This document shows positions 26,571-36,375 of a stretch of 64,000 bases of DNA, in pieces; within the stretch, counting starts at the first letter, position 1; each line of letters begins with the position of its first letter. The stretch lies in assembly GCA_038060895.1 (NCBI GenBank), contig JBBTCT010000014.1:1-64000 (forward strand), in the 5' to 3' direction. The DNA comes from Planctomycetota bacterium (GTDB lineage: Bacteria; Planctomycetota; MHYJ01; WSZJ01). The translations under genes were made by a program, and so were the position numbers. The notes under the pieces were generated by a model, which had not been told where the DNA came from, did not search any database, and was given only the letters and a program-made list of their open reading frames with translations.

Positions 26571-27089
26571 TCATTGCAGTTGGATTTGATCCCCTTCCAG
26601 CCGGTAAAGGCGCCACGCCCGTTTCTCCTGCGCCCCCAGCCCTCGATACAGCCGGATCGCCGGCTTGTTCCAATCGAGCACCATCCACTCGAAGCGCCCG
26701 CAGCCGTTTTTCAGCGCCTCGGCCGCGAGCCGCTTCATCATCGCCGTAGCGACACCGGCGCCGCGCGCGTCGGGGTGGACGAAGATGTCCTCGAGGTAGA
26801 GCGTGGGACGCGCGAGAAAGCTGGAGTAGGTGAAAAAGAAGATCGCGTAGGCCACCACCCGCCTTCCCCCCTTCGGGGCTTCGGCGGGCTTCGCTTCGCT
26901 CGCACGCTCCGCGATCCACAGACGGTACTTCGGGCGTGCGCCAAACGCGTCGCGCACCAGCCGCCGCCGGGCCGCCGCGTCCGGCGGAGGAAGCTTCTCG
27001 AAATTCGCCAGCGCCACCACCAGGCCAAGAAAGCCCGCCGCGTCGCCTTTCCGCGCCGCCCGAATCCGAATCCCCGCGCTCCCCGCCAT
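26571..27089 (-). CDS. GNAT N-acetyltransferase (spermidine acetyltransferase-like)
   Basis: YSSFLARPTLYLEDIFVHPDARGAGVA, WMVLDWNKPAIRLY. Confidence 0.92.
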   Translation of the reverse strand: MAGSAGIRIRAARKGDAAGFLGLVVALANFEKLPPPDAAARRRLVRDAFGARPKYRLWIAERASEAKPAEAPKGGRRVVAYAIFFFTYSSFLARPTLYLEDIFVHPDARGAGVATAMMKRLAAEALKNGCGRFEWMVLDWNKPAIRLYRGLGAQEKRAWRLYRLEGDQIQLQ

Positions 27090-27102
27090 GTCTTGTGCCT
27101 TT

Positions 27103-27152
27103 CCTACCCCCTACCCACTACCAACTACTCACTACTCAACACTCGCAACTCC
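27103..27152. repeat. Heptamer tandem array (GGTAGT/GAGTAGT-like on minus strand)
   Basis: cctaccc cctaccc actacca actactc actactc aacactc. Confidence 0.7.
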
Positions 27153-28286
27153 CTACTTGAACCAAACCCAGGCCAACCGATCTCCTAAGTGCAGCACAAA
27201 CTTCAACCCGTCAGATCCCTGCACCACCGCGATGCACCCTCCGGTCGCGCCGATCTCGACCGACTTCTCGATTTTCCCTTTCACCGTCTGGACCACGAAC
27301 TTTCCATCCTCCCGGAACCCGTACACCTTTTCCGACGCCCGCGTGAACCCCCAGAGCGACAGCCCCTCCACCGCCGCCGTCGGCTTCGACAGGTCCTTCG
27401 ACTTGAACACCAGCGCCCCAGGCCCCTTCATCACCGGCCACCCCGCCGGCATCACTTCCGGCGCCGTCACGCCGATCGACGTCGAGTCCGGGCTCACCAC
27501 GATGCGCGTCAGCTTCCCCATCGGCGCACTCGCTTCCTCGATCGCCAGCCCGGAGCCCTGCACCTTCAGCCGGAAGACGCAGTCGCCGCTCGACACCATC
27601 AGCCAGTCGTTTTTCGGCGACACCGTGAAGTTCTCGAACATGCTGATCTGCTTCGACCCCGGGTTCTTCTTGTACGCGTCCTGCGCGCCGAATTTCTTCA
27701 TCAGGTCCAGGGCGCTGATCGAGGGCTGAAGCGCGTGCGTGACCTGCTCGAACACCTGCAGATCGAGCGGCTGGCCCTTCGTGTGCTTGGGCACCCAGAT
27801 CAGCCCGCCGTTTCCCATCGCGAACACTACGGCCGCTTCGTCCAGCGACCAGTGGTACGCCACCGCAAGCGTGTCCTCCTTGATGAGGATGACCTGCTTT
27901 TTGTCCGGCACAGTCGCAAGGATTCCCTCCTTGCAGTTCGCGAGGCTCGTCACCGCCTTGCCGATCCACAACCGCTTTTCTTCCTTCCACGACGGCAGCT
28001 GGATCTTGCGGACACACCCGGAGCGGTCGGCGAGGTACAGGATCGTCCCGTTCGGCGACACCACCATGTGAGGCGAAATGTCACTGCCCTTCAGCTTGAT
28101 CACCCGCGTCTCAAACCCCGGCTCCACCCCCGGTTCCTCCGCGAGCATCTCGTCCGTATCGACGGCCTCTTCCTTCGCCCCGGCTTCCTTCAGGCGGTCT
28201 TCGAGGGACTTCGGCGGCGTCGGCTCCTCTGCGAAGGAGAGGGAAGTGGCCAGCACGAGGGCGATCCACGGGGAGAAGCGGAGCAT
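27153..28286 (-). CDS. Hypothetical secreted beta-propeller-like protein
   Basis: Signal peptide; repeated VSPNG / VSPKND / VSPDS blade motifs. Confidence 0.75.
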   Translation of the reverse strand: MLRFSPWIALVLATSLSFAEEPTPPKSLEDRLKEAGAKEEAVDTDEMLAEEPGVEPGFETRVIKLKGSDISPHMVVSPNGTILYLADRSGCVRKIQLPSWKEEKRLWIGKAVTSLANCKEGILATVPDKKQVILIKEDTLAVAYHWSLDEAAVVFAMGNGGLIWVPKHTKGQPLDLQVFEQVTHALQPSISALDLMKKFGAQDAYKKNPGSKQISMFENFTVSPKNDWLMVSSGDCVFRLKVQGSGLAIEEASAPMGKLTRIVVSPDSTSIGVTAPEVMPAGWPVMKGPGALVFKSKDLSKPTAAVEGLSLWGFTRASEKVYGFREDGKFVVQTVKGKIEKSVEIGATGGCIAVVQGSDGLKFVLHLGDRLAWVWFK

Positions 28287-28350
28287 CGAATCATTGTTCG
28301 GGAAGGTGGGGGGAGGGGCAAGGGGGATTGCGGCGTAAACTGGAGTTGGC

Positions 28351-29367
28351 ATGTGCAATTCAGCGAGCGGCGTTCACCGAGCAGGCGCCCGGCGGCTGCG
28401 AAGCGGCCCCCGCGCGTGCGTTCTGCTCGCCCTCGTAACCATCGCGCTTGATTCCGGATGCCGGCGATCCGCATCAGGCAACGCGCCTCTTCCCGCTCCG
28501 GTTCCGCCAGGCGCAACGGGGCCTGAAGCAGCGTTCAGTGAGGTGCATGCAAAGAGCGGCCGGCCCGGTCCATCGTCCGCGGGCGAGTGGATTTCCCAGG
28601 CAGTTTCGCTGGAACGGGAGGGCGATCTTCGCGGCGCTCGCGCGGCATGCGATCGAGCGATTCAGCTCGATCCGCTCGAGGCGGAGGCTTGGAGCTTCAG
28701 CGCTGCATTACGCAGGTGGGCCGGGGACTTCGGAGGGGCGATCTCCGACGCCGATAAAGCGATTGCGCTGGACCCGCGGAGTGCGTGGGGCTGGATCCAC
28801 AGGGGGATTGCAAAGCTCCGACAGGGGAACACGTCAGCGGGGATGGCGGATCTCAACGCGGTCATCGAGTTCGATCCGGAGAATCCGGACGTTTGGGACG
28901 AACGCGGGCTGGCGTTCTACTCCGCCGGCAATACGTCCGCCGCAATTGAGGACTTCGACAAGGCCATCAAGCTGGCGCTGATCTCGCGTCAGGACTACCC
29001 GGCTCTCTTTCGCTGGATGTCCCGCATTCGCGCGGGTGACGCCGAGCTCGCCCAAAGGGAGCTGGACGCGTATTTCGGAACGCGGTGGTTCGGCGACGAC
29101 TCAAGCTGGTCGAGCGTCCTCGTCGCTCTGGCGCTCGGAAAGTTGTCGCTGGAAGACGTGCTGAAACGTGCTCCCGAAAAAGCGCAGGGAAATCTGGCGG
29201 GACGCATCTGCGAAGCGCGCTTTTACGCCGGCGTTGCAGCCCGAGGGAAAGGCATCGATTCCGAAGCGATGGCACAATTCGAAGCCGCACTGGCCGCGAA
29301 CGAACCGTCTTACCAGGAGCACGAGCTGGCCAGGGAAGAGATTCGACGATTGCGGGAGAAACGCTGA
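28351..29367 (+). CDS. NlpI-like TPR lipoprotein
   Basis: TPRs (AIQLDP, AIALDP, IEFDP); C-terminal CEARFYAG...EHELA like NlpI; start uncertain. Confidence 0.8.
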   Translation: MCNSASGVHRAGARRLRSGPRACVLLALVTIALDSGCRRSASGNAPLPAPVPPGATGPEAAFSEVHAKSGRPGPSSAGEWISQAVSLEREGDLRGARAACDRAIQLDPLEAEAWSFSAALRRWAGDFGGAISDADKAIALDPRSAWGWIHRGIAKLRQGNTSAGMADLNAVIEFDPENPDVWDERGLAFYSAGNTSAAIEDFDKAIKLALISRQDYPALFRWMSRIRAGDAELAQRELDAYFGTRWFGDDSSWSSVLVALALGKLSLEDVLKRAPEKAQGNLAGRICEARFYAGVAARGKGIDSEAMAQFEAALAANEPSYQEHELAREEIRRLREKR

Positions 29368-29387
29368 GTTCGTGGTCCCCGAGCGCG

Positions 29388-30854
29388 CTACTCCGCCGCC
29401 TCTTCGTCTTCCTTCCATCCGCCCCCCAGCGCCTTGTAAAGCGCGACCCGGATCGTCGCGACCGAGGCATCGCTCTGCGCGAGGTCGTTGAGCGCGTTGA
29501 GCCACGCCTTGTCGGTCTCCAGGACTTCGAGAAGTGAAATCAATCCCTGCTTGTACAGGTCCTTCGCCTGGTTGACGGCGCGCTCGTTGGCGGCGACGGC
29601 GCGAGTCAGGGCGGCGCGGCGCGCGTCCTGGGCGCTGGATTCGGAGAGGGCGTCCTCGACTTCGCGGAGGGCGTTGAGGACGGCCTGGCGGTAGGCGAGG
29701 AGGGCCTGCTCGGCGCGGGCGTCGGCGGCCTTGACCTGGCAGTAGAGTTCGGGGAGGGAGAAGATGCGCCAGTTGAGTGAAGGGCCGATGGACCAGGTCT
29801 GGGAAGAGGCGCGGAAGAAGAGCTGGGCGTCGATGGATTCGAGGCCGAGGTTGCCGATGAGATTGACGTGGGGGAGCATGGCGTCGACTTTGAGGCCGAT
29901 GTCGGCGGTGGCGGCGATGAGGCGGAATTCGGCTTTGCGCAGATCGGGGCGGCGGGCGAGGAGGTCGGCGGGGAGTCCGGCGGGCGGGGTCGGGGGCGGA
30001 AGCGGGATCGGCTGGACTTCGGCGAGCTCCTTGTCGAGCGCCGTCGGCCATTCTCCGAGCAGGACCGCCAGCGCGTGCCTGGCGCGGTCGGCGGCGACGT
30101 GCAGGCTTGGGATGCGCGCCTGAAGGGTCTCAACTTCAGCTTCCGTGCGCGCGACGTCGAGGTCGGTGGCCATGCCGGAGTCGAAGCGCGTCTTCGTGAG
30201 GTTGTAGATTTCCTGCTGGCCGCGGAGGCCGTCGGCGGCGACGGCGAGCTGGCGCTGCGCTCCGCGAAGCGAGATGTAGTTGCGTGCGACTTCGGCGACG
30301 AGGGAGACGAGGACCTCGTGCTTCTCCTCCAGCGTCACGCCGTAGGTGGCTTCCACCTGTTCGAACGCCCGGCGCTTCCCGCCCCAGATGTCGATTTCCC
30401 AGATCGCATCGAACCCGGCTTCGTAGTGGTTGCGGCGGATGTCTACACCCGGCTGGCGGGCCAGCGCGGAATTCTTGGAGATGCGCTCGCGCTTCGCCGA
30501 GCCATTGAGATCGAGGTCCGGGAGGAAGTCGGCGAGCGCGGCGCCGCGGAGGTTGCGGCCTTCGCGGAGCGCGGCCTCGGCGCGCTTGATGTCGAGGTTG
30601 TTGGCGAGAGCGCGCGTGACGAGGGCGTCGAGGGTGGGGTCACCGAGCTGTTTCCACCACTCGGTGATGTCGCCGGTTTCGGGGTTGCCCTGGGTGAAGG
30701 TGGGCGGCGTGTCGATGACGGGTTTCTCATAGTCGGGGCCTACGGAGCAGCCGGAGAGGAGGGCGACGACGAGCAGGGCTCGGGTTCGAGGTTTGAGAAA
30801 GGAATACGCGGATGAAGGCGAATTTCGCGGAAAGGGCCGCGGATAGGGAGTCAC
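29388..30854 (-). CDS. NodT/TolC-family efflux outer-membrane lipoprotein
   Basis: LSGC lipobox, WEIDIWG, LLARRPD, LYKALGGGW; GTG start overlapping the HlyD stop is assumed. Confidence 0.92.
   Translation of the reverse strand: MTPYPRPFPRNSPSSAYSFLKPRTRALLVVALLSGCSVGPDYEKPVIDTPPTFTQGNPETGDITEWWKQLGDPTLDALVTRALANNLDIKRAEAALREGRNLRGAALADFLPDLDLNGSAKRERISKNSALARQPGVDIRRNHYEAGFDAIWEIDIWGGKRRAFEQVEATYGVTLEEKHEVLVSLVAEVARNYISLRGAQRQLAVAADGLRGQQEIYNLTKTRFDSGMATDLDVARTEAEVETLQARIPSLHVAADRARHALAVLLGEWPTALDKELAEVQPIPLPPPTPPAGLPADLLARRPDLRKAEFRLIAATADIGLKVDAMLPHVNLIGNLGLESIDAQLFFRASSQTWSIGPSLNWRIFSLPELYCQVKAADARAEQALLAYRQAVLNALREVEDALSESSAQDARRAALTRAVAANERAVNQAKDLYKQGLISLLEVLETDKAWLNALNDLAQSDASVATIRVALYKALGGGWKEDEEAAE
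30801..30846. repeat. CCGCG-family repeat, single copy inside the 5' end of the OMF gene
   Basis: ggaatacgcggatgaaggcgaatttcgcggaaagggccgcggatag resembles both arms at 36421-36545. Confidence 0.7.
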
Positions 30855-31906
30855 TTGGCGGCGCCTCCCACCGGGGCTGCCTCGATGGAGACGTCCATCT
30901 GCTGGCCAACGTAAACAGGGAGCGCGGTGCGCGGGAACTTGAAGAGCACCTGCATGACTCGCGTGTCGACGCGCTCGATCGACGAGCCGGTGAGCGAGTG
31001 CTTCGGCACCACGAGCGGCTCGATGCGCACGAACTCGAGCTTCGCGTTGAGCTCGCTGTTGCCGCGGACGTATCCGACGGCGGCGGCGCCGGGTTTGAAG
31101 CGCCATGCGTCGTTTTCGTCGATGTCCACGCGGACGTGAAGGATGTCGGTCTTCCCGAGGACGATGAGCGGCGAAGCGGTCAGGGCGTACTCGCCGGGGC
31201 GGACGTTCACCTGGAGAATTTCGCCTTCGATCGGCGACCGGACCGTGAGGCGCTCCAGGGCAACTTCGCTCGCGCGGAGCTGCGACTCCGTGGTCGCGAT
31301 CTCGGCCTCGGCGACGAGGATGTCAGGCGCCCAGGCGCCGGCCTTGAGAAGCGCGAGCTGGGAACGCGCTTCAGCAACGCGAGCATCGGCCATCTGCGAC
31401 GCGAACCGCCGCCGGCCCAGGTCTTCTTCGCTCATCGCGCGCTTGTCGGCCATCGCCTCGACGCGCTTCAGCTGGTCGCTCAGGTTCTGCGCGTCGGCCT
31501 CGGCGGCTTTCAGGCGCGCTTCGAGCGGCGGAACATCTTCCGGGCGGGGGAGGGACCTGACGCGCGCGAGTTTCTGTCGGGCGGCCTCGATCAGGGCCTT
31601 GCGGACCTCAATCTCGGCGCGGACGTCGCGGTCGTCGAGCCGGAGAAGCGGCGCGCCTGCCTTGACGGGCTTGCCGACCTCGACCAGGACCTCGATGACC
31701 AGTCCCGGCACCGCCGTCGCCGCTTCGATGTTCTCGGACGACGCTTCGACAAGCCCCGCGCCCGCCATGTACGACGCGAACGGCGCGCGTGCCGGGTCGG
31801 CGATGGGGGCGCCTGCGGGGACGGGGCGGGCGCCCATGATGACGGTCCAGATGGCGAGGGCGAGGCCGAGCAGGGCGAGGGGGGGAAGGGCATACTTGCG
31901 GATCAT
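30851..31906 (-). CDS. HlyD-family periplasmic adaptor
   Basis: GAGLVEA, VKAGAPL, coiled coil, VRSPIEGEILQVN, ERVDTRV; RBS AAAGGAG. Confidence 0.92.
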   Translation of the reverse strand: MIRKYALPPLALLGLALAIWTVIMGARPVPAGAPIADPARAPFASYMAGAGLVEASSENIEAATAVPGLVIEVLVEVGKPVKAGAPLLRLDDRDVRAEIEVRKALIEAARQKLARVRSLPRPEDVPPLEARLKAAEADAQNLSDQLKRVEAMADKRAMSEEDLGRRRFASQMADARVAEARSQLALLKAGAWAPDILVAEAEIATTESQLRASEVALERLTVRSPIEGEILQVNVRPGEYALTASPLIVLGKTDILHVRVDIDENDAWRFKPGAAAVGYVRGNSELNAKLEFVRIEPLVVPKHSLTGSSIERVDTRVMQVLFKFPRTALPVYVGQQMDVSIEAAPVGGAAK

Positions 31907-31923
31907 GGGGCGACTCCTTTGGT

Positions 31924-32045
31924 GAAAGCAAAGGCAAGAACGAAAGGAAAAACGAAAAGCGAAAAACAAAAAACGAAAACGCCAGCGTCGAACAATGCCG
32001 TCACTTTTCGTTTTTTGTTTTTCATTTTTCGTCTTTCGTTTCGTT
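31924..32045. repeat. Inverted heptamer arrays (GAAAAAC-like / GTTTTTC-like)
   Basis: A-rich arm 31924-31980, T-rich arm 32005-32045. Confidence 0.8.
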
Positions 32046-32807
32046 GTTGCCGTTTTTCTCCACGGCAACTCCACGCCCCCGGGCATCCGGAGGGCGGGGT
32101 CCACCTTTCGTCACGGAGACAACGCGGCCGTCGTCCATCCGGGCGATGCGGTCCGCGAACTCGAAAATACGCGCGTCGTGCGTCACCACGACCAGCGCCC
32201 GGTCGGCGCCGGAAGCGACTTCACGCATGAGCTCCATCACCTTGTGCCCCGTCTCGTGGTCGAGCGAGCTCGTAGGTTCGTCGCAGACGATCAGCCGCGG
32301 GTTGTGCACGAGCGCCCGCGCGATCGCGACCCGCTGCTGCTGGCCGCCGGAGAGTTTCGACGGAAGAGCCTTCCAACGGTCGCCGATGGCGACGCGATTG
32401 AGGAGTTCGCGCCCGCGATCAACGGCCTCGGAGTGGCGCACCCCGGCGATCAGCAGGGGTATCGCGACGTTTTCGGCGATCGTGAGGGTGGGAAGGAGAT
32501 TGAACTGCTGGAAGACAAAGCCGATGTTCTCGCCGCGGAAGCGCGTGCGACGCGAGCCGGACATCGCCTTGAGGTCTTCGCCGAAAACGCTGACCTCGCC
32601 TGCATCGTGGTCGAGGATTCCGGCGATGACGGAAATGAGCGTGGTTTTCCCGCAGCCCGAAGGACCGACCAGCATGAGCAATTCCCCCTGCCGGACCTCG
32701 AGGTCGATCCCGCGGAGCGCCGTGACGAGCGACTGCCCGGAGCCGTAGGCTTTCGTGACCCCGGTGCAGGAGACGGCGATCTGGGTGGCGGTTTCGGTCA
32801 TCGTCAT
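32022..32807 (-). CDS. ABC transporter ATP-binding protein (LolD/MacB/DevA type)
   Basis: GPSGCGKT, FQQFNL, LSGGQQQR, DEPT, VTHD. Confidence 0.95.
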   Translation of the reverse strand: MTMTETATQIAVSCTGVTKAYGSGQSLVTALRGIDLEVRQGELLMLVGPSGCGKTTLISVIAGILDHDAGEVSVFGEDLKAMSGSRRTRFRGENIGFVFQQFNLLPTLTIAENVAIPLLIAGVRHSEAVDRGRELLNRVAIGDRWKALPSKLSGGQQQRVAIARALVHNPRLIVCDEPTSSLDHETGHKVMELMREVASGADRALVVVTHDARIFEFADRIARMDDGRVVSVTKGGPRPPDARGRGVAVEKNGNNETKDEK

Positions 32808-33964
32808 CCCTTGAACACGATGGCGGGTTCGGCTCGCATGACGGTGCGGATGCTGAGCAGCGCGGAGAGCACGCAGATGACCATGATCGCGCCGCCGCTG
32901 ATGACGAGCAGCTTCCACGTCAGCAGGAACGAAAGCTCCGTATCGCGGAGGAGGAAGCCGAAAAGCGACGCGCCGCCGACGCCGATTCCCCAGCCGATGG
33001 CGCCGACGATCGAGGCCTGGAGGAGGATCATCCCGAGGAGCTGGCTGTCGCGCGCGCCCATCGCCTTCAGCGCCGCGAAATATTTGATGTTGTCCACGGT
33101 GAAATTGAAAAACGTCTGCCCGGCGATCGCAGTGCCGACGATGAATCCGAGCAGCACGGCAATGCCGAAGTTGATCGGGATGCCGGTGTACTTCATGAAG
33201 TAGTCGTACGTCAGGTCCTGGAATCCCTTCTGCGTGTACGCCGCGAGCCCGGTCGCCGCTTCGATCCTCCGGCAGACCTCCAGCTTGTCCTCGCCGTCCT
33301 TCGCCTTCACGAGCACGAACGACAGGAGCTTGCGTTCCTGTGGGGCGAAGAGGGTCGCGCGGGAATAGGTGGTGTAGATGACGGGCTGCGACTGGAACGT
33401 CCGCGTCGTCCTGCAGATGCCGGCCACGATCGCCCGGTGGTCGTTGAGCTCGAGCGTATCGCCGACCTTGATCGGGATTTTGCTGCCGCCCTCGGTCTCG
33501 GCGGGCCGCGCGAGCTTTCCTTCGGCGCCGACGATGTCCACGATGACGGAGTCGGCGCGACGCAGGTCCTCGAGCCGCCCTTCGACCATCGTCCCCGGTC
33601 CGCCCGTCAGCGTCGCGTCGTCGAGCCCGACGACATGACAGGTCTGGAAGCTTCCGTTGTCGAGCCGCGCCTTGAGCAGTCCCTTGTAGAGCGGCATGGC
33701 CCAGTCCACGCCTTCCACGCCGCGGACGCGGTAGAGCATCGTGTCCTGAAGCGGCTTGATGTCCTCGATCATCAGCACTTTCTTGTCCATCACCCAGATG
33801 TCCGGCCCCCCGGTGTCCGTGATGAACCCGTACGTCCGCGCCATGAGGCCCTCGAAGATCGACGCCTGCTGTGTGATCAGCAGCGAGGCGAACGTCAATC
33901 CCATGAGGATGCCGAGGTAGCGGGCGCGGTCGCCCACGAGCATCTTGATCGCGACGAATTTCAC
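32804..33964 (-). CDS. ABC transporter permease (DevC/FtsX type)
   Basis: N-terminal TM, periplasmic domain, three C-terminal TMs, LKAMGA. Confidence 0.92.
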   Translation of the reverse strand: MKFVAIKMLVGDRARYLGILMGLTFASLLITQQASIFEGLMARTYGFITDTGGPDIWVMDKKVLMIEDIKPLQDTMLYRVRGVEGVDWAMPLYKGLLKARLDNGSFQTCHVVGLDDATLTGGPGTMVEGRLEDLRRADSVIVDIVGAEGKLARPAETEGGSKIPIKVGDTLELNDHRAIVAGICRTTRTFQSQPVIYTTYSRATLFAPQERKLLSFVLVKAKDGEDKLEVCRRIEAATGLAAYTQKGFQDLTYDYFMKYTGIPINFGIAVLLGFIVGTAIAGQTFFNFTVDNIKYFAALKAMGARDSQLLGMILLQASIVGAIGWGIGVGGASLFGFLLRDTELSFLLTWKLLVISGGAIMVICVLSALLSIRTVMRAEPAIVFKG

Positions 33965-34617
33965 CGGTGTGCCTCGGCCGCGAGGGCGCGGACGCCGGCC
34001 AGCGAGAACTCGTACACGTGGCGCGCAAGCCGTTCGAGGTCCTCGCGGCGGTAGGTGAGGCCCGGATTCAGTTTCGCGATGACGGGCTGGCAGTGGCGGT
34101 AGAAAAGGATCTGGCCGACGACCGAAGCGGCGCAGGCGCTGATGACGGCGGGTGAAGCGGAGGGGCCAAGAAGTCCCCGCAGGACGGAGTTCAGGTAGTC
34201 GCCGAGTGGCCGCAGGACGTAGTCCACAAGGCCGTCGAGGGCGGCGGTGGGGTCGGCCATTTCGCGCGCCATGAGCTGGCCGTGCCAGGCGCCGGGGCTC
34301 TGGTCGAGAACGCGAAGGAAGAAGGACAGAACGAATGCGTGAAGCTTTTCTTCTGGAGAGGAGTTTGCGGAGACGCCCATATCGGGCGGGTACTTCTTCA
34401 GCACGGTTCCCAGGGCGAATTTCAGAACTTCCGAATGGAGAGTCGCCTTGTCCCGAAAGTGGTAATTGACGGCGGCGATATTCACTCCAGCCTTGGTGAC
34501 GATTTCGCGCACCGTTGACGACTTAAACCCATTTGTAGCAAAGACTTCTGACGCTGCCAAGAGAAGCCTTTGGCGCGTCCTCTCGCTCGTACTGGGGTCC
34601 ATCGTTTTTTCGATCAT
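33961..34617 (-). CDS. TetR-family regulator (CecR/YbiH, DUF1956-like)
   Basis: TVREIVTKAGVNIAAVNYHFRDK HTH; REMADPT, SVVGQ, FSLAG. Confidence 0.9.
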   Translation of the reverse strand: MIEKTMDPSTSERTRQRLLLAASEVFATNGFKSSTVREIVTKAGVNIAAVNYHFRDKATLHSEVLKFALGTVLKKYPPDMGVSANSSPEEKLHAFVLSFFLRVLDQSPGAWHGQLMAREMADPTAALDGLVDYVLRPLGDYLNSVLRGLLGPSASPAVISACAASVVGQILFYRHCQPVIAKLNPGLTYRREDLERLARHVYEFSLAGVRALAAEAHR

Positions 34618-34670
34618 ATGTTTCAAACCTCCGTTTCATATGTGTATATCAAACATTAGTTCGAGTCAAG
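34610..34670 (-). promoter_or_regulatory. TetR promoter with three TCAAAC-N4-GTTTGA-like operators
   Basis: tcgatcatatgtttca (34610-34625), tcaaacctccgtttca (34623-34638), tcaaacattagttcga (34649-34664); TTGACT -35 on the minus strand. Confidence 0.7.
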
Positions 34671-34683
34671 CCCGATTCCGAAC

Positions 34684-36321
34684 TTATTCTTCGAAAAGGC
34701 GCTCCCCGCGCGCCAGCTTCACCGTCGCATGTACCGTCTGGTTCACCGTACGATTCGTTGGCGAGTGCGACGACAGGTACCGCGCCACCGCCACCGCCGC
34801 AATCTGCGGGTCAACTCCCTTCACACCCATCCAAAGCCCCAGCCCCGCTTCAAACGCCTGCGCCGTGTGGAACCCGTGGTCCTCCAGCAGGTAAGCGCTC
34901 GCCATCTGTCTCCACAGTTCCTTCTCCTCGCGCCCCATCGCCAACCAGGTCGCCACGGTCCGGGCGGCATCCTCAACCCGCTTCCCTCCAATATCCCCGT
35001 GGAGTTTCGGAAAGATCTCCTCCATCGGCTCCGCCTCCCTCGGCTTCGGCACCGGGGCCGCCGGCATGTTCAGGAAGCGGACCAGGTAGACGTCCATTGC
35101 CCCGTGCAGCAGCGCCCGGATCCGCGGAAGGCCCGGCGACGCGCGCGCCACGAACCGCCGCGCCGCCTCCGCGTACGTGAACGCGTGGTGCACCGTGTCC
35201 CAGTCGAAGAACTCGTTCCGGAGGTGGAAGCGTGCGACGCGCATCAGCGCCGCGACCGCGAGCCGGTCCTCGGCGCCGGGCCTCGCCGCGGCCAGGCCGG
35301 CGACGACGCTGGCAGGGTCGTCGGAGAGCAGAGTGTCCGCGGCCACCCCTTCGCCCGTTTCGGCGCTCTCGATCAGCTCCACAAGATCGTGAGGAATTCT
35401 CCAGTCCGAGTCTTCCTCCGAGCGGGACGCCCCGGCGATGTCCGTCACCAGCGACGCCAGGACGGGCGCGGCGTGCGCCCACCCGATCCGATCGAGCAGC
35501 TCGAACGCCTTCTCGGTGAAGTCGAGCGCATGCCCGCCATCGAGGAAGACGTGGTCGGTCAGCGCGCCCAGGAACGCGTCGGCCAGTTCGCGCGGCGACG
35601 CGCCCTTGGCGATCATCGTGAGCAGGCAGCGTTTCGCGGCCTGCCCGTCGCGCTGCTCGACGAATTGCCGGAACCATCCGGAAAGCCGGCCCATGTCGAG
35701 CGTTTCCGCATGCGGAAGCGCTTCGACCGGGACGGGAGGCGGGCGGTTCTCGCAATCGCTCGCGACGGCGCGCAGGCCGTGGACGAGGGCGAGGATGCGG
35801 TCTTCGCGCGCCAGCTCGAGCGACGCAAGGACGTTCGCGTGGGCGGTAAGTATGGTGAGCCCGCTCGCCCACTCGTCGCGGAAGGCGACGCCGAAAAGCG
35901 CGCCCCGCTTCACGATTTCGACGTCGGAAGTGCCGGCGTCGATGAGAGCGACGACGGCGCGCGCGATTTTCGAGGTGTTGAATTCGCGGAGGCCCTCGTC
36001 GAGGAGTTTCCAGCGCGCGGCCGTCGCGTCGCCGCGGGGGCGGAGGTCGACCCAGACTTCGTCGCCGCGCATCTCGACGGGGTAGGAGGGGAGGTCGACG
36101 CCGCCCGCGGTGAGGCAGCCGCCGCCGCAGGCGTCGAAGCGCCACTGGTGCCAGTGGCAGGTGACGATGCCGTCCTTGAGGGAGCCCTTGTGCATGGGGA
36201 ATCCGAGGTGGGGGCAGCGGTTGTCGAACGCGAAGACCTTGTCGCCTTCGGCCCAGATGCAGAGGCCGTCGGAGAGGAGGGGGCCGTCCTTGAGGCGGGA
36301 AAGCGTGGCGAGGTGTTTCAT
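34684..36321 (-). CDS. Rieske [2Fe-2S] domain protein with uncharacterised helical C-terminal region
   Basis: CPHLG...CHWH Rieske motif; C-terminal DGGH, TVHH, DHGFH. Confidence 0.88.
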   Translation of the reverse strand: MKHLATLSRLKDGPLLSDGLCIWAEGDKVFAFDNRCPHLGFPMHKGSLKDGIVTCHWHQWRFDACGGGCLTAGGVDLPSYPVEMRGDEVWVDLRPRGDATAARWKLLDEGLREFNTSKIARAVVALIDAGTSDVEIVKRGALFGVAFRDEWASGLTILTAHANVLASLELAREDRILALVHGLRAVASDCENRPPPVPVEALPHAETLDMGRLSGWFRQFVEQRDGQAAKRCLLTMIAKGASPRELADAFLGALTDHVFLDGGHALDFTEKAFELLDRIGWAHAAPVLASLVTDIAGASRSEEDSDWRIPHDLVELIESAETGEGVAADTLLSDDPASVVAGLAAARPGAEDRLAVAALMRVARFHLRNEFFDWDTVHHAFTYAEAARRFVARASPGLPRIRALLHGAMDVYLVRFLNMPAAPVPKPREAEPMEEIFPKLHGDIGGKRVEDAARTVATWLAMGREEKELWRQMASAYLLEDHGFHTAQAFEAGLGLWMGVKGVDPQIAAVAVARYLSSHSPTNRTVNQTVHATVKLARGERLFEE

Positions 36322-36375
36322 GGCGTTGGCCTCCGGTTTCGTGGGAAGCAGGATGCCTCATCCCCGGATAGTTAG

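Noticed and set aside
32808-34028. 668-aa version of the ABC ATPase
   Set aside because: The upstream part is an alternate frame over the permease gene; the ATPase starts at the ATGA overlap, 32807.
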